The notes under the pieces were generated by a model. The model saw only the letters and a program-made list of their open reading frames with translations, was not told where the DNA came from and ran no database searches. Shown piece by piece: positions 12,757 to 25,940 of a stretch of 64,000 nt of DNA (positions are counted from its first letter, which is position 1; each line of letters begins with the position of its first letter). The DNA is from Lama guanicoe (Eukaryota): assembly GCA_013239625.1 (NCBI GenBank), contig MU054323.1, positions 9,331,186 to 9,395,185 on the forward strand, written 5' to 3'. The position numbers were made by a program, and so were the translations under genes.

Positions 12757-13277
12757 TGTGAAATGGCAGAAACAGTTTGGCCTTTTGGGTTCTCGTCATG
12801 GCGAAGACAAAGCAAGCCGAGACTTGTGCAGAATGGGAAAGAGCCCAGCTAACACAAGGACTGACCCCCCCCATCCCTACATCCCCCCTGCCCCCCTAAA
12901 GAGAGACCTTTTTTCCAGGGAGAGCCCACTAGAAGCATGCTAGTGTTGCTTTCCGTGGAGTCCATTCCAAGCGGTTTCAATGTCAGGAAGGAGTTTCTGA
13001 GGGAACGTGAGACACGTGTGAAATAGAGTCAGGTCCTGGGACTGAGGACGGCAGCACCCTTGTCAAGTGACCTGAGGGTCAGAACTAGGCTGTAGTTTCA
13101 GTAGGTCACTAGCATGAGAACCAGTCAGGCTCTGGGCCACACATGCTAAAGGTTCCATAGAGTGAGTGCAGCCTGATGCCCGTGTGGCTAGTTTAAGGGC
13201 TTAATCTATACTAAGCACTGGTTTGAACCTAGTAGTAGTCCTCACAGCTGGGTGAGCAGGGTAAATGGGGCCTAACA
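12757..13277. mobile_element. Possible ancient LTR relic (family unassigned)
   Basis: About 520-bp block, more GC-rich than its flanks, bounded by TG...CA; no TSD visible. Confidence 0.3.
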
Positions 13278-13559
13278 AGAAAATATTTAGGCAAAACAAA
13301 GGTTAAATGGCTGACATCTGTCAGAAATGCCATTGTTCTCAAAATTGTACTGCATGTAGGTTGTACAAAGGTTGGAAACCTGTTGACATATGTTGAGACA
13401 CTCATTTAGAAGCAGAGAGGTTACAACAATTTGAGAGCATTATTGATCTGAAAAAAAATTAACTTATGGTAGAAAAAATAAAGGAAAACTTTTTTTCCTT
13501 GATGGGGGTCGGGGAAGGTACGGAAAGCATCCTAGATAGTCTAGGCTTTGGAGTGAGCA

Positions 13560-15620
13560 GGGGGATTCAGGCCAATGATTCCCCCATCCTGTCATTTCTA
13601 ATGCCACTGAGCCATCCCCAGCTATTTCCATGTATATATGGTTTACATAGTTGCCATTTTTCAGTAATTACAGAGCATTCCATTATGTTCATATTTTAGT
13701 ATTACCAGCCATTCTCCTCATTCCATTAGATATTTAAATTCTCTTTCCTTTCCTCCTTTTCCCTTCCTTCCTTCCTTCATCTCTTCTTATTTCTAATAGC
13801 ACTGCCATGAACATGTTGTACTAATTCCTGCTGCTTTCTTTTGGATTATTTCCTTGGAATAATTCCCCCATTATTGGGTCAAAGGATAAGCACAGTTTGT
13901 TACACATTCCCAGGTTGCGTTCAGGAAAGATTAGATCAGTTTATTCCCAACAATGTGAAAATTATCTCCATGGTTAATTAAAGCTGTTTTCTGTGGTGCA
14001 TCAGACCCAGAACCTTACCTTGGAAACTAAACCCATTTATTGGACAGGATGGTCGCTCTAGGAAGGTAAGAGTGCTGGGTAAAGGCAAGGCAGTCAAGCT
14101 GGCAGAGAGAGAAAATGGTTACAGTAATTGATATTTCATTTCGGTCTCTAAGAGCATGAGCAAGAGCAAGGTGGGGACGTAGTTGTAGATCTGTGATGCC
14201 TGACAGCGAAGCACCTAGGGACAGAAAAATAAAACTCAGATTCTTTCACTGGGATGCATAGAAAGTAAGTTCTTGACCATATGTAACCAGGCAAGACCCA
14301 CAGAACATAACCAGAAAATCTGAGACTAGCTGGAGAGGTGGCTGGGGATCTGGGAACAGGAGGCAAAGTTTTGTGTACCGCAACCCTGGCCTAACTGGAT
14401 TTTTGTCATTTTTATTTGTTTTTGCTAAGTTAATAGCTTTACGATGATATGTTAAAATGGTCTTTCATTGCCTTATTAAGCTGTACATTTTTTGAGGGTT
14501 CATGTTTCTTGTTCATGTTTCGAGGGTTCATGTTTCAGTTAAAACCTGGTTATTGGCTTTTTTTTATATGCCATGTATAGTAACCATGTATCACATTTGT
14601 CACATTTCACTATTCTGCTCTGTCCTTTAGATCTCTAATGTTATAATACATTAATATATTTGATATTTAATATATTTGGAGGGATAGAAATTTTGTTATA
14701 ATGGAAAATATCTTGTCTGTGATAATATTTTACTTTTGGGGGCAGTTATAAATTTCACTCTCTTCCATGGTTGGAATAAATATGCTGTTCTGGTTTCTTC
14801 TACATATGTTTTCACTCTTCAGCCTGCACATATGGTATGAACTTGAGGCTCAAACTTAGCTCTTTGTATTTCTGTTCACGTTTTAGTTGCTCACTGGTAC
14901 TTTTGCCTCCAATAGGTTTGCTTCTGGCTTATCATAAACAAATCCTTTGTATTTATTTATGAATTCTATTTTGAGTGTTTTCTGTTTCAACTAATACCAT
15001 ATCTTTCTTTAAAAATAATTTTTCTTTTATAACAATTTAAAATTTGGTGGTTTGAAATCACGGTCATAAATTCAGTGTTTCTCCTTGGTATTTTGGTATC
15101 TTTTCAAGCACATGTATTTTAGTACCAATATCAAGTTCTGTAAAATCAGTATTTTATTTAATCAACATAATAATTTAGGGGATGTTGTCATCTTTACTAT
15201 ATTTAGTTTTCCCAGCATGGAGCAAATTATATTTCTCCATGTATCCATCTTTCTTTAATTCTGCCATCAGACTTTATGTCATCTTTGAATAAGATGTCTC
15301 TAATTTTCTGATTTAAATTAATACTCACTTATTGAATTTTTTGTCAACATTATAAAAAGGACATCTTCCACTGCATTTTCTTGCTGTGGCCCATGGTACA
15401 TAGGCCTGTAGTAGTTTCAAATGGATTTTTATCCTGCAACTTTGCTGAAGTCATTATTGTAAATAAATGACTTAGTTATTTTAAATGACTAGTTATTTTG
15501 AATTGATTTTATTGAGTTATATAATCATATAACTTTATAACTGGATGATACAGATCTGTGTCATATAGAAAACATATTTTTTCTTACCTTTCTATGTTAT
15601 GCTTTTAAATCCTTTTCCTC
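13560..15620 (-). mobile_element. Highly decayed L1ME-like fragments (discontinuous)
   Basis: T-rich, with motifs ttattgggtcaaaggata, gccatgaacat, aatttaggggatgttgtcatctttactatatt and ttttatcctgcaactttgctgaa. Confidence 0.55.
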
Positions 15621-17899
15621 TCTAATACCTACCTGCCCATTCAGTGAAGTAACTACCTTTGCTTCCCTAAGATGTAGGAAATAGGGGAATTAAATTACCC
15701 TGTGACAGTTGCAGCCAGCACATAAATGAATAAAGACATTAACATGCGATACTCTCTTTGGGAGATGAAATGGATCCCAGGTGAGCAATATTAGACCTGT
15801 TTGAATGTGAATCATGTATCTGAAGAAAGAATGTATCAAACCAAAACTAGGGAAAGAATAGGAAAAAAAGAATATTTTAGAGTCAATTTGGCAGTAACTA
15901 TTCCAGGATTATCCAAAATAAAAGGTGGATTAGCCAGTGAGTTTTGAATAATCTGAAAGCAGAGATGAATGCAGGAGGATGCAGCTCAGACTAAGCACTC
16001 TTAATATCCCACTGGTCCCACTGACAGAATTGTTCCTAGGGTGAGATTGGTGTATCAGGCTTTATTAAAATGTAGTTCCTCTAACTCACCTTCTTCTGAC
16101 CCTTGGCTCATCTGCCAACCCATATGGGTCTTCCTAATAGGGGACTGGGGTATCCATTCCCTGTGACTGTGATTTCTCGTCACAGGGTAATGGACTGACA
16201 TTATGGGAAAGGAATGCACTAGCCATATGAACTCCGGATATTTTAGTACTCAATTTCCCATGGTAAAGTAGTGATTTAGCATTCTGGTTGTATGTCACCT
16301 ACCCTTGGACACTGGCTCTGCAGATGATGTGCAAACAGAATCAAGTTTCTGAGCCTAGAAGGCTCATCAAGAATATAAATGTGATCCTGAGGCCTCTTGG
16401 AGACAACCTGACAACCTGGTTGTGGTGTTTGCATTGGCAAAATGCTCAGAACGGGTATTTTCGTTTTCTACGAGCACTTACTACAGTGATGATGTGATTC
16501 TTGCTTCTTCCCCTCTTCATGTGATGAATTATATTATTTTCCTTGTGTTCAGTCATGCAGTCCAAGTATAAACTTCGCTTGTTTGTGGTGGAAAATTGTT
16601 TTAATGTGGCCTTGTGTTTTATTTATTAAATTTTTATTTAGTTATTAGAGCCATACTCATAAAAAGAATTATGAATATCTTGTCTGTTTATGGAAAATAA
16701 AACTATATTTGCCTTCATCCTACAGAAATGTTGAATCATAATGTTGTGAAACTAATGTATGTTGATTATACTTCAATTAAAAAAACTGTATTTGCCTTCT
16801 GAAGTAGATTGAAAAACATAACATTCTTCTCTATTTTTGGAAAATTTAGAAACATTCTACACCAAACTCATTGGCTATAGGAATTTTTTAAAACAGTAAT
16901 TCCTAATAATACTTCTTTTTGTTGTAAATTGTCCATTCGAGTTTGCTATTTCCTGGTATCTCTCCTTTGTTCTCTTGTTATTTTGAATTTTTATCCATTT
17001 CCAGTTAATTACTAATTTATTAGCAGATGACTAAAATTTATATTGTCCTAATTAAAGAAATATTTTCTAGCTAGTAGTCTAGATTTAATATGATTTTTTC
17101 TCTGCCTTGATTGCAGGTACTTAGCTGTTTATTAGGTTTTATCTGCTCTTGGTTTTATTTTTGCTTTTTCTAATTTTAGTTTGCTATCACTTCTTTTCTC
17201 TTTGCCTAAATTCTTTTAGATAGTTAATAGTTTTTCTTTCCATAGTAATCAAGACAGTTGGAAAGAGGTCTGCTTGTCCTTAAGATGGCTGCCTCACTTT
17301 TAAAAGTCCTATTAGTTGAAATACTCTCTTTATGACTAAATGTGTGTGGTCATTCCTGCAGCCAGTGTATCATTTGAGTATTGCTCTCTGATCTTCACAG
17401 TCAAATGATGTTGTTACATTTTATCTGAATAGGGATAGGAAGCACAAACAAGAAGACACTGGAGAGGAGACTATGACTAGAAGAGAGAAGCTGTTACCTG
17501 TTGAGATTTTGTGGCAGCAGAGAGAGGACAGCCAGGAAGTGAGCTACCAAATAAAAGGGCAGATGAAGGCTGCTGGCCCACAAGGTGTAACCCTGACTGC
17601 AAAGTCAAGGGGCTGTGTGTAGGCCAGGCCGAGCAGGAAGTGGCTTCTAACACCCTCAGTTGTAGTGCCACTCATTTGCCATGGTCAGGAGGGACCAGGC
17701 AAGAAACTGGTTCTGCACAGACAGGCCAGGATTTGCCAGCAAAGAGTTTACATACACAGAAGGCAACAGACAGGTATCATTTCCAGGGAAATGGGCCAGG
17801 CTCAGTGTGCATGGATAGCAGGAAACAGGTGGGTCAGATGTTCCAAGGTGATGGGGGATAACAGTGACAACGATGGTGGCCGTCGTGGTGGCTACCCTC

Positions 17900-18090
17900 T
17901 ACATGTGTTGTTACTAATACAGTAGTTTTATAACTCCTCCATTTTACAGTTGAAGAAACAGAGGCTCATCCAGGTTTTAAATAACTTACCAAGCCATGTT
18001 GACATATGGCAGGTAAGCAGTGGAGCCATGACTCCCAGTGGCCCGTCCGACTCCAAAGCCCATGCCCTTCCTACTGTATCACATTGCCTG
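17900..18090 (-). mobile_element. MIR SINE
   Basis: ctccattttacagttgaagaaacagaggctc...gactccaaagcccatgccctt. Confidence 0.8.
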
Positions 18091-18182
18091 AGATCCAACA
18101 TGCACGTTTACCATGATTCAAATGGCTGACACAACAGGGCTACAGCTGCTGAACCCAGGATGGAGATTATGTGCTTTTCAAG

Positions 18183-18705
18183 TCTGGTTTTTCCAAACCT
18201 ACGTGTATGTCAACAAGAAGTGGCAGGTGTGTGTTGGCAGGTAGAGTGAGGCGAGGTCTTCTAAATTCCTGCCGCTGACACTATAATCCTAATGCTTCTC
18301 TGCCTACTTCTCTCACCTGTGCTAGAAGTGATATTTGTGTAAGTTTATGGAGCAGAGCGAGGGCTGAGACAGAGTCTGTGTTCCCAGGCTGTGACGTAAC
18401 TTCCGGGTGGCCCGCTCCTGGTCTGTGTGAGGAACCCACCAGCCTCCCGGTGTGTCCCACATAGTCAGCTATAGCCTGTGCAGGCAGCTACCCAGGCTGG
18501 GGGAAAATATTTGTTTACTTTTATTTTTGTCTCACCTTCCTATAATTTCTACTGTTTGTGCATGTTTTATGATGTTCATTATGTGTTAGCACAGCAGTTC
18601 ATTGTGTGTAGCTTATAAGTAAATACATACAAGATATATTGATGTGGACCCCAGTCATTTCTTACTGATAGCTTATGATTTTAAATATTTGGAGGTCAGC
18701 ACTCT
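18183..18705. mobile_element. hAT-Charlie-type DNA transposon relic
   Basis: Left ggtttttccaaac and right tttggaggtcagcactcta are TIR-like ends; the AT-rich 18505-18700 part resembles Charlie-type non-autonomous elements. Confidence 0.5.
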
Positions 18706-18984
18706 AGAGCAATAGACCCCCACACCTGGATGGACAGTTCAATCTCTTGGTAAGTTGGGGGGAAAAAATAGTCCAGACAAGGACCAGAATTTGAACCACT
18801 GCTCTAGGGTATGGTCCCTCAAAACTATCTGACCCTTCCAGTTGCTGGAAAAAAATCAATTAGGGCTGATTGTAACAGATGGACTATTGGAAACCTATAG
18901 TGCTCTGAAGACTCTTTATGAGTCAGCTTACTAGTTTGTTGTTTGTTATCCTCTGTTGAAAGGCCATCTCCAGGAGTTATCTAG

Positions 18985-19068
18985 CTGCTTCCCCACTTAT
19001 TCCTAGAATACTGCCTGACACACAGAAGTGTTCAGTAAATATTTGCTGAATGAATGAATGAGTGAATA
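18985..19068 (+). mobile_element. L2 3' end
   Basis: cctagaatactgcctgacacacagaagtgttcagtaaatatttgctgaatgaatgaatg. Confidence 0.8.
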
Positions 19069-20759
19069 ATGAAAGTCTTTTCCCACTGTGTTTAGGTAGT
19101 CCATGTCCCTTCTTTCTTTACATACCAAAGAAAGAATTAGTTGTAGCTGTGCTGCTGTAAATTTGAATGATCTGATAAAGTCCTTGGTTATTCCGCTGAG
19201 CTGATTGCAATTTTTAATGTTAAAAAACTATATGAATTTTCACATTTTATTGTATTTTTAATACCATCAAAGAAAACAGTGGAAGTTGGAAGGTGACTTA
19301 GTGGTCTGCTTGTATTTCATTTCTCTCTTCAAGTCCCTGTGTCTTTAAGGAAAGGGCTGAACTCCAACTTGGTCATTCTCCAGATCCAAGAGGAAATGGA
19401 TTGTAGCAGTTGTGCCTTTGTAGAGCAGATGTTTTGGTTGGAAAGGCTATCAACCATCTGACTCATAATAAATCCTCAATTCCAGTAAATTCCCAGTTTT
19501 CAGTTACAGTAGGTAGGATGCAAGAAAACAATATCTTCCATTCTGGGATCTTTGAACTTCTTTCACATGTTACCACCGCTCCCTGTGCATCACTGTGTGA
19601 GAAAGGATGAAGTACTATGGGAGGTTAGAGCAATTCCAGGAATAGACTCAGTCATTTGGTGTTTTTAAGGGAGACCATTGGAGGTAAACCAAAGCCACGG
19701 ACTTGCCTGACAGAGTACTAATGATGAGAAACATAACAATGTTGAGTGTTCTTATGAGTTCCTCTATTAATATCATTTCTAAATTATGTTAATTTGAATA
19801 ATCTCTAAACAAGCCTATAGTTTTCTTTTGTTTTATGGGGAGGGTTTCTTTTTTTCTTTTCCTTAAAACTTTGAAAGTAATTATATGGTTTCTTACAAGA
19901 TATTCTGAGTTTCAGAATACTTGTTTTATGGGGAAATCTACTCAATGCATATAAGCTTCTCAAAATTCTACCAGGACCTTATGTCCAGTATTCCAGATGG
20001 ATAAATCAGGATTACAGAAATGATATTAAACACGTCAGATTTTGTATTGTGTGCTTGGCAGAGGGAGTTCATTATTGCCTTAGTGAAGTGCCAGCTTACT
20101 GTCCTCCCTCTGCTTCTATCTAGCAGTCAGTTCCTTTCTAACCATCACTGAAGTGAGAAGAAGACCATAATCTTCACAGAAATAACCGAGGAATTCAAGG
20201 TCCCTTTGCTCTAGTTAGGGGCCTGGCTCTGATTGCTGTGTGCTTCTTAGGTGACCTTTCCTACCAAGTGAAGCATTGAAGGTTTGGGAGGAACAGTCCA
20301 CTTCTCCAGGCTCCTAACATTTCCTGCTGTGGTTTTTGGCTCTCTTATCAAACATCAAATTGTCCAGAAGTAACACTATTTTGTTTATACTCCTACATCA
20401 TTTCATTCTTTCCATTTTTAGCTGATTAAAGGATCATTATATACTCAATAAAGTCATTTAACACAGTACATTAAGAGAACATTTCTTTGGCCTTCATATT
20501 CTAAGGAATCTTTGCCCATCTTGAGAATTGCTGTCACATCTCTTCAATGATGGAAAAGTAGAATAAATAGTGTCCCTGAATTCACCCACTGATAAAAGCT
20601 GGGATGTGGGAGAGTCATGGCATGAGGTAAGAGGCAGAAGATTCTGACTGCGGCGTAACAGGGAGAGGGCAGAAGTGGTTAGTTCTGTGAGAACACGTCT
20701 TCCGCATCTTGTCTCTCCCACGGCGGACGACAGCGTGGTGCCTTGCACGTAGTGAGCTG

Positions 20760-20905
20760 CTGGATTATAGTGGGAAAAGCTTGGGCTGTGATTTAGAGAA
20801 GACAGTTGTTTCCTGATGCTCTACTTACTAGGATAAGATTTTGGACATTTTGCTTAATCTCTTTGAGGCACTTTTAAATCTGAAAATTAGAGATAATAGG
20901 GTTGG
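20760..20905 (+). mobile_element. MIR SINE fragment
   Basis: tagtgggaaaagcttgggctgtg...ctctacttactagg...tgcttaatctctttgag...ctgaaaattagagataata. Confidence 0.65.
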
Positions 20906-21309
20906 TGGTGATATAAGTTTAGGTGTGATGTGTGGCTCCCAGATAGAAATCACCCTTATTAAGCAGTTTTCTATAAGAAGCTCTGCTAACCTAGGATTGA
21001 GTACTTTTGGTGTCAGATCTTGACTCAGGATCAGGTGGTAGCCAGCCATTCCAGATGGATAGCTATAACCAAGCCTGGCAAGATTCCTTAATTTGGGGAA
21101 AATGACAATATTTGGGGAAATTACTAAATCCATATTATGATTTGAAAATTATACATGTTTTATTATGCAATTAAGTATAAATATGTACCATAAAACAGCA
21201 TGTGTAATGGGTTTCTGATTTAAAATTTCAGCTTCTCTCTTCCTTTTTATTCCTGACTAAAAGAACAATGTCTTTGTATGATCTGGTCTGGATTTTATCA
21301 TCTTTTAAT

Positions 21310-22420
21310 TCTTTTATTTTTTAAAAATTTTGAAACAATCTCAAATTTATAATAGAAATGTAAGCACAGTACAGAGTACTTGCTTTTTAACCATTTGAGA
21401 GTAAGTTGTGACATAATGCACTTTACCTTCATATACTTCAGTATATTTCTAATAAATAAACACATTCTCTTACATAATTACAGTATGGTCATAAAAAGCT
21501 GGACATTAATCATGATATAGTACTACCTTCCAATTCTAAGACCCCATTCAAATTTTACCAATTGTCCCAGTGATTTCCTAACAGCAGGAGAATTCTATTT
21601 AGACTCATGGATTGTATTCACTTGTCTTGTGTCTTTAACCTATAATAATAGTTCCCCAATTTTTCCTTGACATTCATAACCTTTTTCAAGATTAGAGGCC
21701 AGTTTCTTAAAATATCTCTCAATTTGGGTTTGTCTAATGTTCCATCATGATTGGAGTCTGTTTATGTGTCTGTGATGCTGTATTCAAGTGATGCTGTATT
21801 CTCACTGCCCTCTCTCAGGTGGCACACCCTGTCTGTCTGGCTCATTACTTGATCAGTTGTTTAAAGTGGTGTCTGTAAGGCTTTCCACTGCAAAGTTCCT
21901 CTTTTTCTTTTGTAGTTGGTATTTTGTGGGGAGGTCCTTTGAAACTATATAAATACTCTTTTTTTCATCAAACTCATATTTATTTATATCAGTATGGACT
22001 CATGATTTCCCCTTTGAATTAATGGATTATAGTCAATTACAACCATTGTTTATTTTGATGCTCAATATTATTTCTATACCTATCTGTGTGTATTAAATAA
22101 CTATGTTCATACTGTTACCTCTGATTCCAATTCAATACGCTGGATTTGTTCTATTTTTCTCTTGGTACATATTTGTAACTTTCTTCTTTGAAAGTGCTAA
22201 ATCCAGTTTCCATTATCCATAATACATTATAATACATTATATATGTGTAATAACCACCCCCATGTATGTAACCAGCCTCCCATTGCTGCTACTGTCCCTC
22301 CCTAACGTGGGCACCTTCCTTACTCTGCTCGGGCTCTGACACCCTGCACCAAGCTGCCTTTCTATGGGGACATCCTCATTCTGCTCTGAACTGCTGTAGA
22401 CACCCCCCAACCTAATTCAG
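21310..22420 (-). mobile_element. L1MC-type 3' region
   Basis: tttgaaacaatctcaaatttata...aaccatttgagagtaagttg...cattctcttacataattacagta...aatttgggtttgtctaatgtt. Confidence 0.75.
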
Positions 22421-22429
22421 CCTTGCCCT

Positions 22430-23025
22430 CCAATCTATCTTTCCCAGACTATTAGAACATTCTAAAGCAGCCTGATCATGTCATTACCCTGTTTGTAATT
22501 TCTTTATTGCTTTTGCCCATAAAAGAAAACAAACTCCATAGCTCAGACGCATGGAGGTTGTTTATGGTTGGGCCCTCAAAGTCATCTAGCGTCATCTCTC
22601 TCCCCACCTCACTGTGTCCAGTGTTTCAGCCTTCCTGAACAGTGCCCCACATGTGCCCCATGCCTCTGTGCTTCCATGTCTTTCCATGTGCTGTTCTCTC
22701 TTCCTTTCACTCCCAGGTACTTTTTAATGCCTTTAGAACCAACCTTTGGATTCCTTGCAACTAAAAATATTATCTCCCCCTTGAAAACCTGTGTGTGACA
22801 ACCAGTTTTGTGCTTTCCTTAACACCCCTTCTTTTTCCTGCCATAGTTTTCCAGCTCTCTCATAACACATCTGTATTCTAACAGTTTTACCAAAGGGTCA
22901 GTTATTATTTACTTATTTTTCCTACTTGTCTATGAAGGTGTTGAGGGCATATGTCCCTAGCACCTTCTAGGTAGTGCCTGATACGTAGATGGGCATTCAT
23001 ACATGTTTGTAGAATGAACGAATGA
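22430..23025 (+). mobile_element. L2 fragment including the 3' end
   Basis: ctgatcatgtcattaccctg...tgctgttctctcttc...gtgcctgatacgtagatgggcattcatacatgtttgtagaatgaacgaatg. Confidence 0.7.
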
Positions 23026-23924
23026 GGCCAGCCCCAAAGGTATACTCAGTATAGAAGCAGAATGGAAATAACTGAAGATAGAAGAAAATAAAAGAAATCT
23101 GCACTGTATGTTGTCCAGGCTGCATTGGTCCATAGTGGTCCAGCTATGGTTTATCTAGGGGGAAGGCCTGGTTTAGTTTGTTGACACACTGGGAAGGTTT
23201 TCTGCTCTTATATTTTTTTAAACATAGTTCGCTTTTTTTTTTTAACGTAGTTTATGAAACCTGTTTTGGATTGTTGTACAGGTTTTCTTGTACACTTAAA
23301 ACATTTGATTCAGTAGGTAGCAAACCCAAGAAACCTAAGAAAGTAAAGGGTTCAGCCTAGTCTGCTATCTTAATTGCATTCTTTCATGCTTATTTGGTAT
23401 AAACTTTTTTCAGTAAGTTGAATCCACATTCCAATGCGAACTAGAAATGCTAAGCTGTTAATAGCTTCCTTGGAGAGTTGTAACTTGCAAGGATGCTTCA
23501 ATACATTCATCATCATTTATGCATCGTGAAATGTCACAATTTCTGTTCATAAGAACAAAACTGCAAATGTTCATCATTTGGTCTATCTTAAACCTGTTAT
23601 TAGCTTAGAAATTAAAGAAATATTCTTCACTAACCTAAGCCAGTGATAAAGTCTAACTCAATTTATAGTTCTTCTAAATCTGGTCATCAGCACTTCTATA
23701 ATTAGTAAAGTTCTAAATAACAAAGCCACCTACTCAATAGTTATGCTAAGTCCAACATTTATAGTGTTTCATTTTGGAAACTTTGCAGTATATTACGTTC
23801 TTCTTCATGTGAAAATTTCTACTCTTCATCCTTTTGGGAGGTCTTCTGTTTCCTTTTTTATCCACATAGATCTCATCTAGTAAGTGACACACAGAGTTTT
23901 CAAAGCAGATTTAGATGCAGCAGA

Positions 23925-24060
23925 ATGATGTAGTGAAAGAAAGTGTTGATACAGGAGTCAGCAGCCATGGGTTTGGTTTCAGCCCTGTGACTATTCAGCT
24001 CTTCACATTAGACAGATCACTTCCCTTATCTCAGTGTCTCCATCAGTAAATCTATGAAGT
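23925..24060 (+). mobile_element. MIR SINE fragment
   Basis: tgtagtgaaaga...ggagtcagcagccatgggtt...agatcacttccctt...catcagtaaa. Confidence 0.6.
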
Positions 24061-25589
24061 GTAGGTGTGGACGTCAACGGCTACTAACTTTTTTTTTTAA
24101 TATAATAGAAACCCTTTTTTTACAAGTGAAATCTTTTTCCCAGTGCCCAGCATGCAAAACACAATAGTAGCTGCTCTTAAAAACACATGCTCTTGGTCCC
24201 GAGTTGTCCTCCTGACACAGGGTAGCAACCCCTGGCCCAGATCTCGAAGGGGTCCTTTTAACATTCTCTGATTTTATTTACCCCTTGCTTCTGTCATTTC
24301 AGCTATGGCACATCTTTACCCATATCATGGGCGCAAAGGGGAAAGTCTCCTCAATGCCTACTGTCTTGACGTGGTGCTTTGTTTTATTCCTCCATAGCTT
24401 ATGGATATGGTTGGTTAGAAGAATGTTCGGGAAGTACCTTATTGTACTTTTCAGCTTCTACCACGATTCTTTCCTCCATTTAACTCTCAGTTTTGGGAAT
24501 GTGCCACAGATAGTTATTTTTAAATCCTAGACTTTGTCTCAGATACCTCTCATACTCTTCCTCAGCCCCACGCAACATCACAGTTCCTCTGTGTCCCCCT
24601 GTTCAGTCACGGGGTGAATGTCTCAGTCCAGTGCTTTTCAGTTCTCTATCTTTGGACCAATTTTCTCTTCCTTAAATGTCAGTTCTTTGAGCCAGTGCTT
24701 CTCACACTTTCCTGTCCTATAGATCATCTCGGAATGTGTTAAGTATCCCCCAGGTGAAGCTGATGCTGTTAGCCTGAGTAGCAAGGCTCCATCTCACAGG
24801 CTCCAACTGCCAGCTATTCGCACATGGGCCACAGCTGCATTTGGGGCCTGGCCTGGTCCTCTGTCTCCACGCATTTTGAATTAGGTAGTCTGGAGTACGG
24901 AAGAGGTAGAACTTTCTTCACTGGAAAACATCCAAAGCTTGCTGTTTCACATCACATATACTGTGAAAGTCAGCGCCTCTTTCTCTGCCTTTTAACTCTT
25001 TTAGAAGTTTTGTGTTTTTCCTCTCAGGATACCCATTTCTCCTCTTCTTTGTCTCCTCTCTTGTAAAAGCCTGCTGCCAGGAAAGAGGCTGATGAATTCA
25101 TGTGCAATACATAGAAACAACTGATGACATTTCAGCCTTTTCTGTATAGAGCTTTTGACCATGAATCATGTACTATCTTATAGAATCTCTTATTGAAGAA
25201 GAAAAAAAAGAACTTTTCTCATCTGCATGTGTTTACATCTGCCTCTTTGAGTCGGGAGATGGATTCTTGCAATTCTTCTTTTCCATATTGTTTCTATCAA
25301 AATGTCTTGCACATGATAGGCAAATCATAAATGAGTATTGACTTAGTGATAGCACATGGTGTGATGTTTGGAAGTTTATTAAGAACGGCAGATTGCTTTT
25401 GTCTTTCTGTAGTTTAGGGTTTGATCTCTCAGTCAAGTGTTCGAACTTGAATTTTCCCCTTACTCTAGGGGATGGACCAAGAAGATAATGGCTCATTCTG
25501 CCCAAACTTACACCTACTTATTCATATTGGAAAGGCAAGTTCATAAGGTACATAGATCTCTGCTGTTTCTGCTAGGGAAGCATATGTAG

Positions 25590-25940
25590 TCATTCTTTCA
25601 TATACCTATTCATACATTGGTTCATAAAATATTTATTGGGTGCCTGTTTTTGTGGTAGGGATGTGTGGTAGGCACTGGGAATATAAAAATGAATGAAACA
25701 TTGTCCTTAAGGAACTCAGCTGAATATGTGATAAGGGCACATATGTAAGTAACTTGAAAACACAGAGGAGACAATGAAATGTTACCATATAAAGGGTGTA
25801 GCTAAAGACCTGTAGGATTTCAGAGGAGAAACCATTATATCAAAGGGCGGGATCAGGAAGTCTTGTGAGAGGACATGGCATCTGAAAGGGACTTTAAATA
25901 ACAGAATTGGGAGATTTGGAGTGGGGGGCTGCAGGGCTGG
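25590..25940 (-). mobile_element. L2 fragment
   Basis: ttcataaaatatttattgggtgcctg...ggcactgggaatataaaaatgaatgaaaca...aaggaactca. Confidence 0.7.
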
